A DNA stretch of 64,000 nucleotides from Patescibacteria group bacterium (GTDB taxonomy: Bacteria > Patescibacteriota > Patescibacteriia > Magasanikbacterales > GWA2-37-8): NCBI GenBank assembly GCA_041661385.1, contig JBAZUP010000003.1, positions 36,299 to 100,298 on the forward strand. The letters run 5' to 3'. Below the pieces are notes generated by a model. It saw only the letters and a program-made list of their open reading frames with translations. It had not been told where the DNA came from and did not search any database. The position numbers were made by a program, and so were the translations under genes. Shown here one piece after another: positions 8,499 through 20,835 of the stretch; within the stretch, counting starts at the first letter, position 1; each line of letters begins with the position of its first letter.

Positions 8499-9158
8499 AT
8501 GGTTCGAGTAATCACCTACGACGAATACCAAAGCAACGCGACCATCCATATAGGTAAACGCATCGTCGAAATCGACGATTATGTTATTGATGAGGAAGGA
8601 GCGAGCTGGACACATATTTGCAAAACCTGCGCCCGGAAGTTGTGCATCCCTAAACACTATATTTCCGAAGGCGGCTCCGGCGAAGCCATATGCGGAATTG
8701 CCGGTTGCGAAAGACGAGCAACTGCTGGATATTTCGACATCCCACACCCAGGGACGCTGTGTGCAAAAAACTCAACCGACTGGTTTAAAACCGACGATTA
8801 TCAATTATGTCAAAAATTATCCGAGACCAAATTCAGCATAATCGAATTTAGAACGTTCATGGGAGCGCAAATACATCCAAACACAAAATTCCCAAATTCA
8901 ACAGTGTATATAGGAACTAAGTTTGAGTTCGATATTTCCGAAATGTCAAAAACGGATATTGTCGAAACAATCCAATCTTACGGCTACAACTCAATCGAAG
9001 CAGTGAGTGCCGCTTATCCGGAAAACGCCGACCAAATAATTGCCGAATGTCTGGCAGAAAGTTGGCCAATATCCGAAGGTAAAATTGTATTCAAAGGAAC
9101 AAAACAACAAGCCGACGCTTGGATTACTGAATTTATTTCAAAGGAGAACAAATCATGA
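8499..9158 (+). CDS. Cys-rich (zinc-binding?) hypothetical protein
   Basis: CKTCARKLC...CGIAGC cluster. Confidence 0.5.
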   Translation: MVRVITYDEYQSNATIHIGKRIVEIDDYVIDEEGASWTHICKTCARKLCIPKHYISEGGSGEAICGIAGCERRATAGYFDIPHPGTLCAKNSTDWFKTDDYQLCQKLSETKFSIIEFRTFMGAQIHPNTKFPNSTVYIGTKFEFDISEMSKTDIVETIQSYGYNSIEAVSAAYPENADQIIAECLAESWPISEGKIVFKGTKQQADAWITEFISKENKS

Positions 9159-9340
9159 CCGGAGACTGCACCCAAATATCAACCGAACTACTAGAAATCC
9201 AATGCCCGGCATGTGGCAACACGCAAGAATATAATTGGAACGGTAAAAACATCTTCGGAACAACTAAATGCGACAACATCGAGTGTGACGAAATATTTCG
9301 TTTCCAATACCACCCCGAAAAACTAAAAAAAGCCGCATAA
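9155..9340 (+). CDS. zinc-ribbon small protein
   Basis: CPACG...CDNIEC. Confidence 0.45.
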   Translation: MTGDCTQISTELLEIQCPACGNTQEYNWNGKNIFGTTKCDNIECDEIFRFQYHPEKLKKAA

Positions 9341-9376
9341 CAAACTAACTTATATTAGTTAGCTATAAGGAGAAAT

Positions 9377-9778
9377 GTGTTCAAAGAGCAAAAACGAGAC
9401 TACCGTAGCACCATACTAAACATTCTAAAAAGACACCCGCAACTCTGCCAAAAACTAATTGTCCTTTCAATCGGCTACTTAACGCCAAATAAAGCCGCCG
9501 ACATGATCCGCGCCTACCAACAAAAAACCGGCTGTTACTGCGAATGGATATCCAGCATAGTAGACCGACGAATCAATAAACCAATTTGGAAAACTATGAC
9601 GCCGACCGAACGCCACGATTTCGAGTTGTCTGAAAAACAAATGTACGCTACCGTAACAAAAGAACTAATCTGCGATGCCATCCGCTTGCGAAAACAAACT
9701 TATGGCGCAAAACAAGCTAAAGAAGCTATAAACGCCCAATTAACCGGAACACAAGTGCTATTTGCATCATTCTTTTAA
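9377..9778 (+). CDS. hypothetical protein
   Basis: AAGGAG RBS, GTG start. Confidence 0.5.
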   Translation: MFKEQKRDYRSTILNILKRHPQLCQKLIVLSIGYLTPNKAADMIRAYQQKTGCYCEWISSIVDRRINKPIWKTMTPTERHDFELSEKQMYATVTKELICDAIRLRKQTYGAKQAKEAINAQLTGTQVLFASFF

Positions 9779-9787
9779 GGAGTTATC

Positions 9788-9958
9788 ATGTCCGACAACA
9801 TTAGACATCGAATTTCATATATTCAAGATACCACCGACCAACTTTGGGAAGCAATAATCAACAAAGAACACTCAAAATCATGCGAATTAACCGAAATCCT
9901 GGCAAAACAATCCAAAGAACTAGAAATCGCAATAGAAAAGGAATTAGGAAATGGCTAA
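9788..9958 (+). CDS. small hypothetical protein (56 aa)
   Basis: TAAGGAG RBS; not in ORF track (<60 aa). Confidence 0.4.
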   Translation: MSDNIRHRISYIQDTTDQLWEAIINKEHSKSCELTEILAKQSKELEIAIEKELGNG

Positions 9959-10655
9959 ATTTAAAATAAACGTCCACTGGGAAATGTACGACATAATTGA
10001 AATTGAAGCGCCGACGCTAAAAGACGCAATAGCAATAGTCAATCACGAAAACTTCCCATTGCCGGCAACCGGCGAGTATTTAGACGACAGCTTTCGCGTC
10101 GATGAAGAATATTGCGAAACAATCGAGGAAGATTTTGTAACTATTTCAATCAACGATCATCAAGCTGAATTGCTAAAACAATTTGCCTCCAGCGACAATA
10201 ACACCACGAAAACAGTAATCGAACTATGCCCGCACTGCGAACATGAAGCAACGCTGGAGCTGGAACTCCACGACAATATTCTTGCAAAAACATGTCCGAA
10301 TTGCGGGAAACAATTAATGCTTTGTAGCGAATGTCCCAATAGCCGTTGCAACACTTGCCCGCACAAACCAACCGTTTTGAAAAAATACTCCGTAATGGTG
10401 GAATCCACAGTCATGGCAAGAAACGAAGACGAAGCAATGTGTATAGCCGACACAATACCTTTCAACTCTTTTTACGAAGGTGAAGTACTAAACGCAAGCT
10501 CTGTTAGCGTAGTCGAATTACAACCACAAATACACACAGTATCAGTGCGTATCGAAGTAAACGCAAATAACGCCTGTGAAGCCCAACGTTTAACTGAAGC
10601 AGCAATAAACGTCCTGGACACCGGCATAAATATAAAGGAGCTAAAATGCGCATAA
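9951..10655 (+). CDS. hypothetical protein with internal repeats and a CxxC zinc-ribbon
   Basis: QAELLKQFASS motif repeated in next ORF. Confidence 0.5.
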   Translation: MAKFKINVHWEMYDIIEIEAPTLKDAIAIVNHENFPLPATGEYLDDSFRVDEEYCETIEEDFVTISINDHQAELLKQFASSDNNTTKTVIELCPHCEHEATLELELHDNILAKTCPNCGKQLMLCSECPNSRCNTCPHKPTVLKKYSVMVESTVMARNEDEAMCIADTIPFNSFYEGEVLNASSVSVVELQPQIHTVSVRIEVNANNACEAQRLTEAAINVLDTGINIKELKCA

Positions 10656-10957
10656 GTATTGAAATCACAAACCGCCAAGCCGAATTATTAAAACAATTTG
10701 CCACAAGCAACAACATGGCAACCAGAGATCCGATAGTGCAAATCATCAACAACGACACCAAACTGCCGGTTGCATACTTCTTCACGGTAGAAGAAGCACG
10801 TCGAGTATTCAAACTACGCCGCTACGCATACACCAATCATTCAATTTATCTCGACGCACCAGGCGAGGGAACAGAAGATAGCGACTGGACTCATTTTTAT
10901 CAACTGTTGAAATACATTGCAACAAATATCTGCAACGTCCAGGAGACTACGCCATGA
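10646..10957 (+). CDS. hypothetical protein (shares N-terminal motif with 9951 ORF)
   Basis: NRQAELLKQFATSNN. Confidence 0.45.
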   Translation: MRISIEITNRQAELLKQFATSNNMATRDPIVQIINNDTKLPVAYFFTVEEARRVFKLRRYAYTNHSIYLDAPGEGTEDSDWTHFYQLLKYIATNICNVQETTP

Positions 10958-11071
10958 TTTTTTATATTATATTAGCAATATGGGTTGTATTAATACTACT
11001 TATATCAAAATCGACAAAGCCAATAGAGTTACTAACTAACTTAGTAAGTTAATTAGTAAACAGGAGTAATT

Positions 11072-11665
11072 ATGAAAATACTACAACTAAAAACTTACCC
11101 GTTTTCTGAACTATCAACAAAAGCCAAAACTAAAGTTATTAAAAACTGGAATCACAATATTAACAGCATAAATGAATGCAGTTATCAAGAAATAATTGAA
11201 CAAGCTGCTAATATCATTGGCGTCAAAGTTGTAAATTGGAGCATTGACATCTACACCAAATATTTTGAACTCGAATTCGACCCTTGTTATTACCCGGAAC
11301 AAATAAAATCTTTAACCGGTACCAGATTATACAAATATATCCATAATTTCATCATACCACAAATAACCATTGCAGAACCAAACGACAACGACGGTTATAT
11401 CTGGCTCCGTGACGATTATTACGGCGATGACGGGGCACAATATATCTTTTCGAAAATGTTAGACTTTAACCCCAAAGAAAATAAAAACACAACTTACGAA
11501 ATGTTATCTTTTGCCGTAATCGACTATATTTTTGACATGTGGCAAACAGATGCACAATATCGCGAATTCGAAGAATACTTAGCTGAATATTTTAACCAAA
11601 ACGAATACCTTTTTGACATAGAAAGTAATATAATAAACCAAAGATTATTCAAAGAAGTAGCTTAA
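11072..11665 (+). CDS. hypothetical protein
   Basis: ACAGGAGTAAT RBS. Confidence 0.5.
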   Translation: MKILQLKTYPFSELSTKAKTKVIKNWNHNINSINECSYQEIIEQAANIIGVKVVNWSIDIYTKYFELEFDPCYYPEQIKSLTGTRLYKYIHNFIIPQITIAEPNDNDGYIWLRDDYYGDDGAQYIFSKMLDFNPKENKNTTYEMLSFAVIDYIFDMWQTDAQYREFEEYLAEYFNQNEYLFDIESNIINQRLFKEVA

Positions 11666-11753
11666 GATAGAACAAAAGAGTGATAAATGTATAAAAATAT
11701 TACGCCGTTGCCACCCTGCTTTTTGAAAAATTAATTAACCCAAAGGAGCCTTT

Positions 11754-12164
11754 ATGAACTACAAACGTTTCTGTTTTGGATGGGGAATATTGTTGACATT
11801 TTATTTTCTAATGTGGTATTTCACCGGGTACAACACACTTAACACTTTAATCTTGGCATTGTTAACACAAATAGCACTATTTGCATACGATTTACACAAA
11901 AAAAACAAAATAATATCAACCATGCGAAAACAAATTGAATTTCCGCGAACAAGCACCGAAGGATTGATATTAGAATCAACTTATGCCGTATGGTTTATCA
12001 CCTTAACCAGCATAATAACATATTCAATCCTCATCAGAACAGATATGAAATTATTGATCATTTGCAACTTGGCAATTATCGTATTTTTTCAAATAAGTTA
12101 TCTACACATGAGAGATAATTATATTAAAATTTTGAAACACCTAATTAACGAACAAAATAATTAA
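11754..12164 (+). CDS. small membrane protein (paralog family with 12723 and 22802 ORFs)
   Basis: AAAGGAGCC RBS; TM helices. Confidence 0.5.
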   Translation: MNYKRFCFGWGILLTFYFLMWYFTGYNTLNTLILALLTQIALFAYDLHKKNKIISTMRKQIEFPRTSTEGLILESTYAVWFITLTSIITYSILIRTDMKLLIICNLAIIVFFQISYLHMRDNYIKILKHLINEQNN

Positions 12165-12182
12165 AAACACAAACATGTTCTC

Positions 12183-12214
12183 AAGCCAGCGTTTTAAGCT
12201 GGTTTCTTTATTTT
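12183..12214 (+). terminator. rho-independent terminator
   Basis: AAGCCAGC...GCTGGTT followed by TCTTTATTTT. Confidence 0.7.
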
Positions 12215-12266
12215 AAACTATAAATCAAAAAATATGTTATCATATTAAAAAACAGGAGTATTAAAA

Positions 12267-12701
12267 ATGTTATATTACATAAGCTTAGGAATAGCTATTC
12301 TATCATTTATAATGGTATTCATAACACTTGCTTTAAATAATTTTTCCCGCTTAATATATTTAGCATGTGTAGCATTAATAATATCCATGCCACTAGCACT
12401 TTTATCCGCAAATAGTTATTCTTATTTACCAATTAAGCCTAACTATCTACAAGAATGGATTATGCCTATTGTGCAAAGCAACGAAAAACTATATACTACC
12501 GATAAGGATTTCACATATGTTTATATTGGCAATAACAACAACTCAACCCGTTGGAGTTTAGATATGAATGCCGAAAAAATAATAATAATTAAAGACGCTG
12601 CCGGACCGGGTTCGTCATATATTATCAAAAAAACGTCTCCAATGACTTTTATCTCATTACCGGTAAGCTATTACGAAATTCACATACCACCAAATTATTA
12701 A
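12267..12701 (+). CDS. membrane-anchored protein, C-terminal YEIHIPPNY (paralog of 27131 ORF)
   Basis: AACAGGAGTA RBS. Confidence 0.5.
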   Translation: MLYYISLGIAILSFIMVFITLALNNFSRLIYLACVALIISMPLALLSANSYSYLPIKPNYLQEWIMPIVQSNEKLYTTDKDFTYVYIGNNNNSTRWSLDMNAEKIIIIKDAAGPGSSYIIKKTSPMTFISLPVSYYEIHIPPNY

Positions 12702-12722
12702 CAAAAAGAGAAGGTAATCAAA

Positions 12723-12938
12723 ATGTGGCTTAAACCAGTATATATGGGATGGCTAGCAATAATTGCTATAGAATTTCTTATTTGGATAATTTCCGGGTAT
12801 AATATGAGCTGGCCAATAATAGGCACGCTTGCGGCTACCACTATTTGTTTAGCTTATGAAATTAGAAGCTTACACAAATACATAGAAAATTACGAAAAAA
12901 ACGTCAAATTACTGCTCGATAACAAAGACGGTTTTTAA
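12723..12938 (+). CDS. small TM protein with YIENYEK motif (paralog of 22802 ORF)
   Basis: GAGAAGGTAA RBS. Confidence 0.5.
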   Translation: MWLKPVYMGWLAIIAIEFLIWIISGYNMSWPIIGTLAATTICLAYEIRSLHKYIENYEKNVKLLLDNKDGF

Positions 12939-12967
12939 ACAAACACTTCTATAATATCAAAATAACC

Positions 12968-13000
12968 AAAGCCAGCATTTTATGCTGGCTTCTTTCTTTT
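12968..13000 (+). terminator. rho-independent terminator
   Basis: AAAGCCAGCA...TGCTGGCTT followed by CTTTCTTTT. Confidence 0.7.
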
Positions 13001-13024
13001 AAATTAACCCAACAGGAGGCACAC

Positions 13025-13315
13025 ATGAACCTAAAAATCAAAACACTCGCCGGTTGCAACAAACCAACCTACTCCGAATACCTACAACCAAACGACCAGG
13101 TAGATGAAGACATGGTAGATTATTTCAACGAAGTACTACCACCACTAAAAACCCGTGCCGGTTTAATTCAGTGCAGCGAACCCTACGACCACGTAAACGG
13201 AAAAGCAACATTCACAACTTTTGAGCAAATTGGCAAAGATTGGTTTTATCGCGGCCACTGCCACCACAACGAAACAGAACACAAAATTGGAATTTTTGAA
13301 TTAAATACTAACTAA
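13025..13315 (+). CDS. hypothetical protein
   Basis: AACAGGAGGC RBS. Confidence 0.5.
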   Translation: MNLKIKTLAGCNKPTYSEYLQPNDQVDEDMVDYFNEVLPPLKTRAGLIQCSEPYDHVNGKATFTTFEQIGKDWFYRGHCHHNETEHKIGIFELNTN

Positions 13316-13326
13316 TATTAGTTAGT
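13307..13326. promoter_or_regulatory. perfect 20-bp palindrome ACTAACTAATATTAGTTAGT (member of intergenic operator family)
   Basis: upstream of ligA RBS. Confidence 0.6.
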
Positions 13327-13340
13327 AAACTTAGTAATAA

Positions 13341-15374
<2,034 letters not shown>

Positions 15375-15389
15375 GAAAGGAATATTATC

Positions 15390-15824
15390 ATGAACGATTA
15401 TTTAGCACTAAAAAAGAATCAGGCAGACCGATTAGACCTATTCACAAAAGACAATATGTTTTTTGCATTTAGCAAACAACAACTCGAAGAAGGTATGAAA
15501 AGTTTAGGCGTAACAGATACGTCACAATTATCAAGCATACCGGGCGGTGGTATTATTTTGAAAGATAAAGTTGCTGAATATAAAGAACTCGGGACAGCTT
15601 TCAGCGACGAAATGCAAAAAGCCATTGACTCGGACACAACCGGAGAAGGCTTTATTTACAACATGTTCTTGTACGAACTAGACAACCACGAATACAGCTA
15701 CACCGGCGAACTAGACCAAACACTAGACGCTTTAGACTTAACCTTAGAAGCAGTAAACGCAAGCCAACCCTTGCTAAACGGACTTAACTTAGCCATTAAA
15801 AAGCAAAGACAAATGTACGCTTAA
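15390..15824 (+). CDS. hypothetical protein
   Basis: GAAAGGAATATT RBS. Confidence 0.5.
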   Translation: MNDYLALKKNQADRLDLFTKDNMFFAFSKQQLEEGMKSLGVTDTSQLSSIPGGGIILKDKVAEYKELGTAFSDEMQKAIDSDTTGEGFIYNMFLYELDNHEYSYTGELDQTLDALDLTLEAVNASQPLLNGLNLAIKKQRQMYA

Positions 15825-15837
15825 TCACCACTCGCCA

Positions 15838-16050
15838 TCCCCTCCGCGCAATTACGCAAGACAATTACTCGCTCTAGGCGAAAAATGTACGAACAGCAAA
15901 GCGGCGTGTTTGAGTGAAACGAGTTTGCCGTTTGCGGTACATCGCCGTAGAGCGAGTTTGCCTGAAGTACGGCGCTTGACTTTTTTGCTTCCTTTTTGTG
16001 TCAAGACAAAAAGCAAGACGCGAACAGCGGAACACGCACCACGTCCACTG
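15838..16050 (+). repeat. structured intergenic repeat, copy 2 of 3
   Basis: see 3254-3475. Confidence 0.85.
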
Positions 16051-16066
16051 AAAAAAGGATATTATA

Positions 16067-16516
16067 ATGAAAAAATATAAAACCAAATACATCCAACACT
16101 TCGACGACGAGCGCCAAATCGGCAACGGAATAATAGTCACCCTGCACTATGGCTGGTCATACGAGCCAAACGAACACCAAGGCGTGCGAGGTTTTGATAA
16201 AATAACCGAAGCTATCTCGGCATCAAGGCACAAGAACATCTACCCGTGCAAATGTGAATTATGCTTAAGAAACTTAAGGCAGAAAGGAAATAAAATAAAT
16301 GAAAAATTGCAAAAAACAATAAAAGAGCATTATCTAACCCCGGAACTAATAAAACTTCGCGACATCGTTAGTTGTATTGTAGTTATGTGCTACCTGCCCA
16401 AGAAAAAAGAATACGTTGTCTGGTTTTACAACGAAAGTTCCGGATTTTTTCTAGGTTGTTATTACCAAAGCCGCGATGCAGCTGAAATAAAATTCGAAGA
16501 AAGAATTAGTTGCTAA
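16067..16516 (+). CDS. hypothetical protein
   Basis: AAAAGGATATT RBS right after repeat copy 2. Confidence 0.5.
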   Translation: MKKYKTKYIQHFDDERQIGNGIIVTLHYGWSYEPNEHQGVRGFDKITEAISASRHKNIYPCKCELCLRNLRQKGNKINEKLQKTIKEHYLTPELIKLRDIVSCIVVMCYLPKKKEYVVWFYNESSGFFLGCYYQSRDAAEIKFEERISC

Positions 16517-16587
16517 GTTATATAACTAATATAACTTAGTTAGTATAATAAAAGATTTTATGAACATTTAATTAAAAGGAGAATATT

Positions 16588-16935
16588 ATGGGCTTTTTCA
16601 GTTGGAAAACCAAAGACACCAGTGTATCAATCCCTTCTTGTTATAGCAAAAGAAAAACGATTAAGGTTTATATGGTCCTGCCGGACAAAACGGTGTACGA
16701 AGAAAGCAATTATGAAGGATATGGGTTTTTTGGTGGCAAAAACTATTATGAAGCATTAAGCGAAATTAATGGCGGGCCGTCCGACGATAATTACGGTATA
16801 AACATCGAACATAACTTACGCGGTAAGTGTACCAACTTAGTGTTTCCTCAATTAGTAGAAGATCCAAATTCGCTAACACCCGATTCATTTAAAACGCCAA
16901 ACGACAATTGCGAGTATCAGGGATATTTTTATTAA
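16588..16935 (+). CDS. hypothetical protein
   Basis: AAAAGGAGAATATT RBS. Confidence 0.5.
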   Translation: MGFFSWKTKDTSVSIPSCYSKRKTIKVYMVLPDKTVYEESNYEGYGFFGGKNYYEALSEINGGPSDDNYGINIEHNLRGKCTNLVFPQLVEDPNSLTPDSFKTPNDNCEYQGYFY

Positions 16936-16963
16936 AACCAACATTTCTTTTTAAGGAGTCGCC

Positions 16964-17236
16964 ATGCCACAACGACCATTAACGAAAAAACTACTATCCA
17001 TAATCATTGCAGTACAAGATTATGCGAAATATCACAGAAGTCACAACATTATGCTTCGTAACAACAACATACAAGAAACCAGTTATTGGTTTGAAGAAAC
17101 ACGAGATTATTATTTTGGGTTACCAACAAAAATACTCAAAAACGCCAAGTTAAAACCTTCTACCGACGATTTTGAATATGTTTTATCATTTAAAGTAACG
17201 CCAGAAATGTTAAAAATCGAATTCAAAAACTCTTAA
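16964..17236 (+). CDS. hypothetical protein
   Basis: TAAGGAGTCGCC RBS. Confidence 0.5.
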   Translation: MPQRPLTKKLLSIIIAVQDYAKYHRSHNIMLRNNNIQETSYWFEETRDYYFGLPTKILKNAKLKPSTDDFEYVLSFKVTPEMLKIEFKNS

Positions 17237-17262
17237 TATTCTCCTCGTCGTTCCCCTCCGCG

Positions 17263-17474
17263 CATTACGCAGGGAAACTACTCGCACTAGGCGAAAATTG
17301 TGCGAACAGCAAAGCGGCGTGTTTGAGTGAAACGAGTTTGCCGTTTGCGGCACATCGCCGTAGAGTGAGTTTAACCGGAGTACGGCGCTTGATTTTTTTG
17401 CCTCCTTTTTTTATCAAGAAAAAAAGCAGGACGCGCCAGCGGAAAACGCACTCGTTCCACCTAACGAAAACAAA
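17263..17474 (+). repeat. structured intergenic repeat, copy 3 of 3 (carries compensatory changes)
   Basis: see 3254-3475. Confidence 0.85.
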
Positions 17475-17697
17475 GACTACCAAAAATTCATCGACTATTG
17501 CCAGATACAACTCGACCACTACAGCAACCCATTGGGCAGTCAACCAAGCCGACCAAAAGAGCAAAACAAAGTGTTCCACTTCGATGGCACAAAACTAAAA
17601 CATATTGATTTCACCAAAACAAAATAACTCCTGAAAACCGTTTACCAATAAAACAACGTATACGCCCGCGCAGCGTAACGAGTTTTCACAAAAACAA

Positions 17698-17742
17698 ACG
17701 TCCCGCAAGCATCCGACATAGCTTGCAGGACGTATTTTTTTG
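17698..17742 (+). terminator. rho-independent terminator
   Basis: ACGTCCCGCAAGC...GCTTGCAGGACGT followed by ATTTTTTT. Confidence 0.8.
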
Positions 17743-17777
17743 CAACTATGCGGCAGCATTATTTTTTAGGAGTAAAA

Positions 17778-17927
17778 ATGAAACAACCACCAACTAGGCA
17801 AGAGAATATTCAACAACTTCAAGAACTAACCGACAAAGAATATGACAAATATTTTTGGACCCTTTTTTCTGAAGAAGACATATATCCAGAAAAAGTTATT
17901 TTTCCTTGTTTTGCTCTAAGAAGGTAA
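17778..17927 (+). CDS. small hypothetical protein (49 aa)
   Basis: TTAGGAGTAAAA RBS. Confidence 0.35.
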   Translation: MKQPPTRQENIQQLQELTDKEYDKYFWTLFSEEDIYPEKVIFPCFALRR

Positions 17928-17975
17928 ACCGCAGCAAACATAGTGGACACAGATTTAAAAATATTGGAGGCATAA

Positions 17976-18299
17976 ATGACTTTACTTGAAAGAATACACC
18001 CGCGCGTAGATGTTGTTGATGTTATCAGGGAACAAATCGAAACGTTCAGTGCAGAACAACTAATCAGTATCTGTTATAACCGCTCGTTAGTTGCTGTTGC
18101 CAACCTCATCAGCGATAAGGTATACGAAATGTTGGCGGAGGTAGTACTAAACGAAAACGATAAATTAGAAGACATCAAAATAAAATGGTGCTTTGAAGAT
18201 GCCAGTTCAGAAATAATTAAACTCGGTATTGACATAGCAGTTAGAAAAGATACCAACCTGAGAATAGATTTAATAGATACGATGGAGATTAGCGGTTGA
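17976..18299 (+). CDS. hypothetical protein
   Basis: ATTGGAGGCATAA RBS. Confidence 0.5.
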   Translation: MTLLERIHPRVDVVDVIREQIETFSAEQLISICYNRSLVAVANLISDKVYEMLAEVVLNENDKLEDIKIKWCFEDASSEIIKLGIDIAVRKDTNLRIDLIDTMEISG

Positions 18300-18688
18300 T
18301 GGTTGAAAAAATAAGTTTCCGGGTTACCTTTGTTGATCCAGATTATAGAACAAGTGAACTGGAAGAGAAAATGCACGAATTATTCGCAAACGCAGACGAT
18401 AAAACCGGTATGGCGGTTAAAATCAACATTGAAGAAATTTTCGGACACATACCAAGTATAATAGATCCGCACTGCAACGACACTCCTTCGTTACGAACAT
18501 TTGTTGTTGATGATGTTATTATGAACTACTTCAGTCAGGAGCCAATAGACTTAGACACCACAAAAGGTAAGTCTTTCTATATTCACACCTGTGAAGCACT
18601 ACAACAATACCAACAACGTGATGCTGATTGGGAAGGCATAGAACCTTACGTAAAGAAAGCTTTTGAAGAAAGCGCTTTTAAAATTTAA
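18296..18688 (+). CDS. hypothetical protein (translationally coupled)
   Basis: ATGA-type start/stop overlap. Confidence 0.5.
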   Translation: MMVEKISFRVTFVDPDYRTSELEEKMHELFANADDKTGMAVKINIEEIFGHIPSIIDPHCNDTPSLRTFVVDDVIMNYFSQEPIDLDTTKGKSFYIHTCEALQQYQQRDADWEGIEPYVKKAFEESAFKI

Positions 18689-18736
18689 TACTCAACTATG
18701 TACTAATAACTAAAACAATAATCAAAGAGGTAATAT

Positions 18737-18919
18737 ATGGATGCCTTTCAAAGAATTGTCACAAAATCCATGAGCAACTGCAGAGGTGGCTATAAATGCC
18801 GCCTCTGTGCAGCCTACGGCCAGAAACGTAAAAAATTAGCAAAAGGCAAACAATTATACCGCCAAATAGCCCGAAGCCGACTAAAAAGAATTCTTAAAAC
18901 AATAGATATAGAAAATTAA
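18737..18919 (+). CDS. small basic Cys-containing protein
   Basis: AAAGAGGTAATA RBS. Confidence 0.45.
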   Translation: MDAFQRIVTKSMSNCRGGYKCRLCAAYGQKRKKLAKGKQLYRQIARSRLKRILKTIDIEN

Positions 18920-18986
18920 TTAATATTGATTAACAAATAAATTTAACCACTATATTATACATACTGTATAATAAGGAATAACAATT

Positions 18987-19217
18987 ATGAACGAAAATGA
19001 AATGGCTTTAATTGTTGCAATACTATCACCAAAAACATTAACCATTGAAGCCTCTTTTGCTCGAATAAGCAACGAGTTTGCAAAATATTCAAATGAAGAT
19101 ATTGTAGATATGATCGAATTAAAGAAAACAATGACCTACAAACAAATTGCTGATATTTATAACATCACCCCGGATGCAGTATATAACAAAATACGCCGAT
19201 TCACCGGGAAAATATAA
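18987..19217 (+). CDS. small HTH protein (sigma-70 region 4 / LuxR-like C-terminal helix-turn-helix)
   Basis: MTYKQIADIYNITPDAVYNKIRR. Confidence 0.5.
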   Translation: MNENEMALIVAILSPKTLTIEASFARISNEFAKYSNEDIVDMIELKKTMTYKQIADIYNITPDAVYNKIRRFTGKI

Positions 19218-19246
19218 AACACTATAATAGGAGAGAACTAAACAAC

Positions 19247-19519
19247 ATGCTAAACCTTCTCGCGCTAATACTCCCATCTATAATTGTAGGTAACATTTTA
19301 GCGTATTTAATCACTAAACATCCCGAACAAACCAGACAATTCGGGCTTTTTATTCAAAATGAAAATACCGTTCTAATAACATCCATTATAACAACTATTA
19401 TGCTCGTTAAGACAATACTATTTGCCGAAACAACTAAACGAAAGATGAACACTTTAATCGGTGCATTAATAGTATCAATTATTTTCAATGGCATATTCGT
19501 CTACATAAAATTTCAATAA
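19247..19519 (+). CDS. membrane protein
   Basis: hydrophobic helices. Confidence 0.45.
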   Translation: MLNLLALILPSIIVGNILAYLITKHPEQTRQFGLFIQNENTVLITSIITTIMLVKTILFAETTKRKMNTLIGALIVSIIFNGIFVYIKFQ

Positions 19520-19534
19520 AACTAAGAGGTAATA

Positions 19535-20068
19535 ATGAACCTGATAAAAAAACGTATTATTTTAGATGCAGCTTTGCTAATAACTACTCTTTTGTTAATA
19601 ATTGCCACTATTCTCATCATACCTATTTATTTTGAAGCACTCTTTTCAGTGTTGTTTCAACACCTGACGCTTTTCACAATTTGGCTCAAAATTAACATGT
19701 ATTGGTTACTTGCCACGTCAGTATTATTAATAATCATTACAACGTTTTTCAAAACAAATATCTATGTTAAACTTACCATAAACAACGTATTTAAATACAT
19801 AATAATAGCAGCTGTGTATTTTACGTGGACAAAATTTACCGAATTTCACAATATCACAGAATGTAGCGGTGGAAAATACAACACCAATCTTTTTTGTCTC
19901 TACACAATATTCTTTTCAATTTATTTTATACTCAAATTAGTCGACATCGCGGGGCGTCAAACCAACTATTATAAAAACCATCTTATCAAACAGGAAAAAC
20001 TAAGAAAAGAAAAAGAACTTGATATAATACGTACAGAATTTAGTAAAAAAATGTGGCATCACGAATAA
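19535..20068 (+). CDS. polytopic membrane protein
   Basis: AAGAGGTAATA RBS. Confidence 0.5.
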   Translation: MNLIKKRIILDAALLITTLLLIIATILIIPIYFEALFSVLFQHLTLFTIWLKINMYWLLATSVLLIIITTFFKTNIYVKLTINNVFKYIIIAAVYFTWTKFTEFHNITECSGGKYNTNLFCLYTIFFSIYFILKLVDIAGRQTNYYKNHLIKQEKLRKEKELDIIRTEFSKKMWHHE

Positions 20069-20384
20069 TTAGGAGAAATATGGGCCCAATAATAGAAGAT
20101 AAATTCCCGATAAAAATCGGATTGCCACCTGAAAAAGAGTGTAAACACCTAATACGCCGCTGTTATTCTCCAAATGATCCGACAAAAAGCCACAAAAACT
20201 TGCAAATATTAAGATTTTAGAATTAATAATAAAACCATGGTGCAATAAAAAAAATACCTGGTGTCATCGTAAGAATTGTTTAGACGCACCAAAACCAACC
20301 GAAAAAACCAATTTCTCTTACACTCCAAACGGTTGGGCGACAATTCGCTAAATATAATTGTAAAATTAAGAAAGCACAGAAAAT

Positions 20385-20807
20385 ATGAACAATCTCACAA
20401 TTTATGAATGGATACCAGAATATCATTGGGTAGCATTTAGACACATGTGCGCCGACCGCAATTTACTGTATATGACCGAACTAATGCCACTAATCGATGA
20501 GCTGCAAAGTTGGGAAGGAATCGGACCAAAGAGATATGCTGAATTGCGAGATAAACTGCTGCCGTATAATACTGCAGATATTAAAAACTATCGACTAACG
20601 ATAGCTGGTGCTTTTAATCCTCCTGCATTCGTTAAATTTCGATTGTGGTGCAAAGAACAAGGATTTCAACACTTTGACGAACTAAACGAAGAAATTTTCA
20701 ATAATAAAATATTACCATTGAAAAAAGGTAATCTTTACGATACGAGAAAAAGATACGACGTAATCAAAACACGAGTATTCGAACTACGTGGAAAAAGATT
20801 TTTGTAA
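20385..20807 (+). CDS. hypothetical protein
   Basis: ORF track; weak RBS. Confidence 0.45.
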   Translation: MNNLTIYEWIPEYHWVAFRHMCADRNLLYMTELMPLIDELQSWEGIGPKRYAELRDKLLPYNTADIKNYRLTIAGAFNPPAFVKFRLWCKEQGFQHFDELNEEIFNNKILPLKKGNLYDTRKRYDVIKTRVFELRGKRFL

Positions 20808-20835
20808 AAGCAAAAAAATTAATGAGGTAATAGTA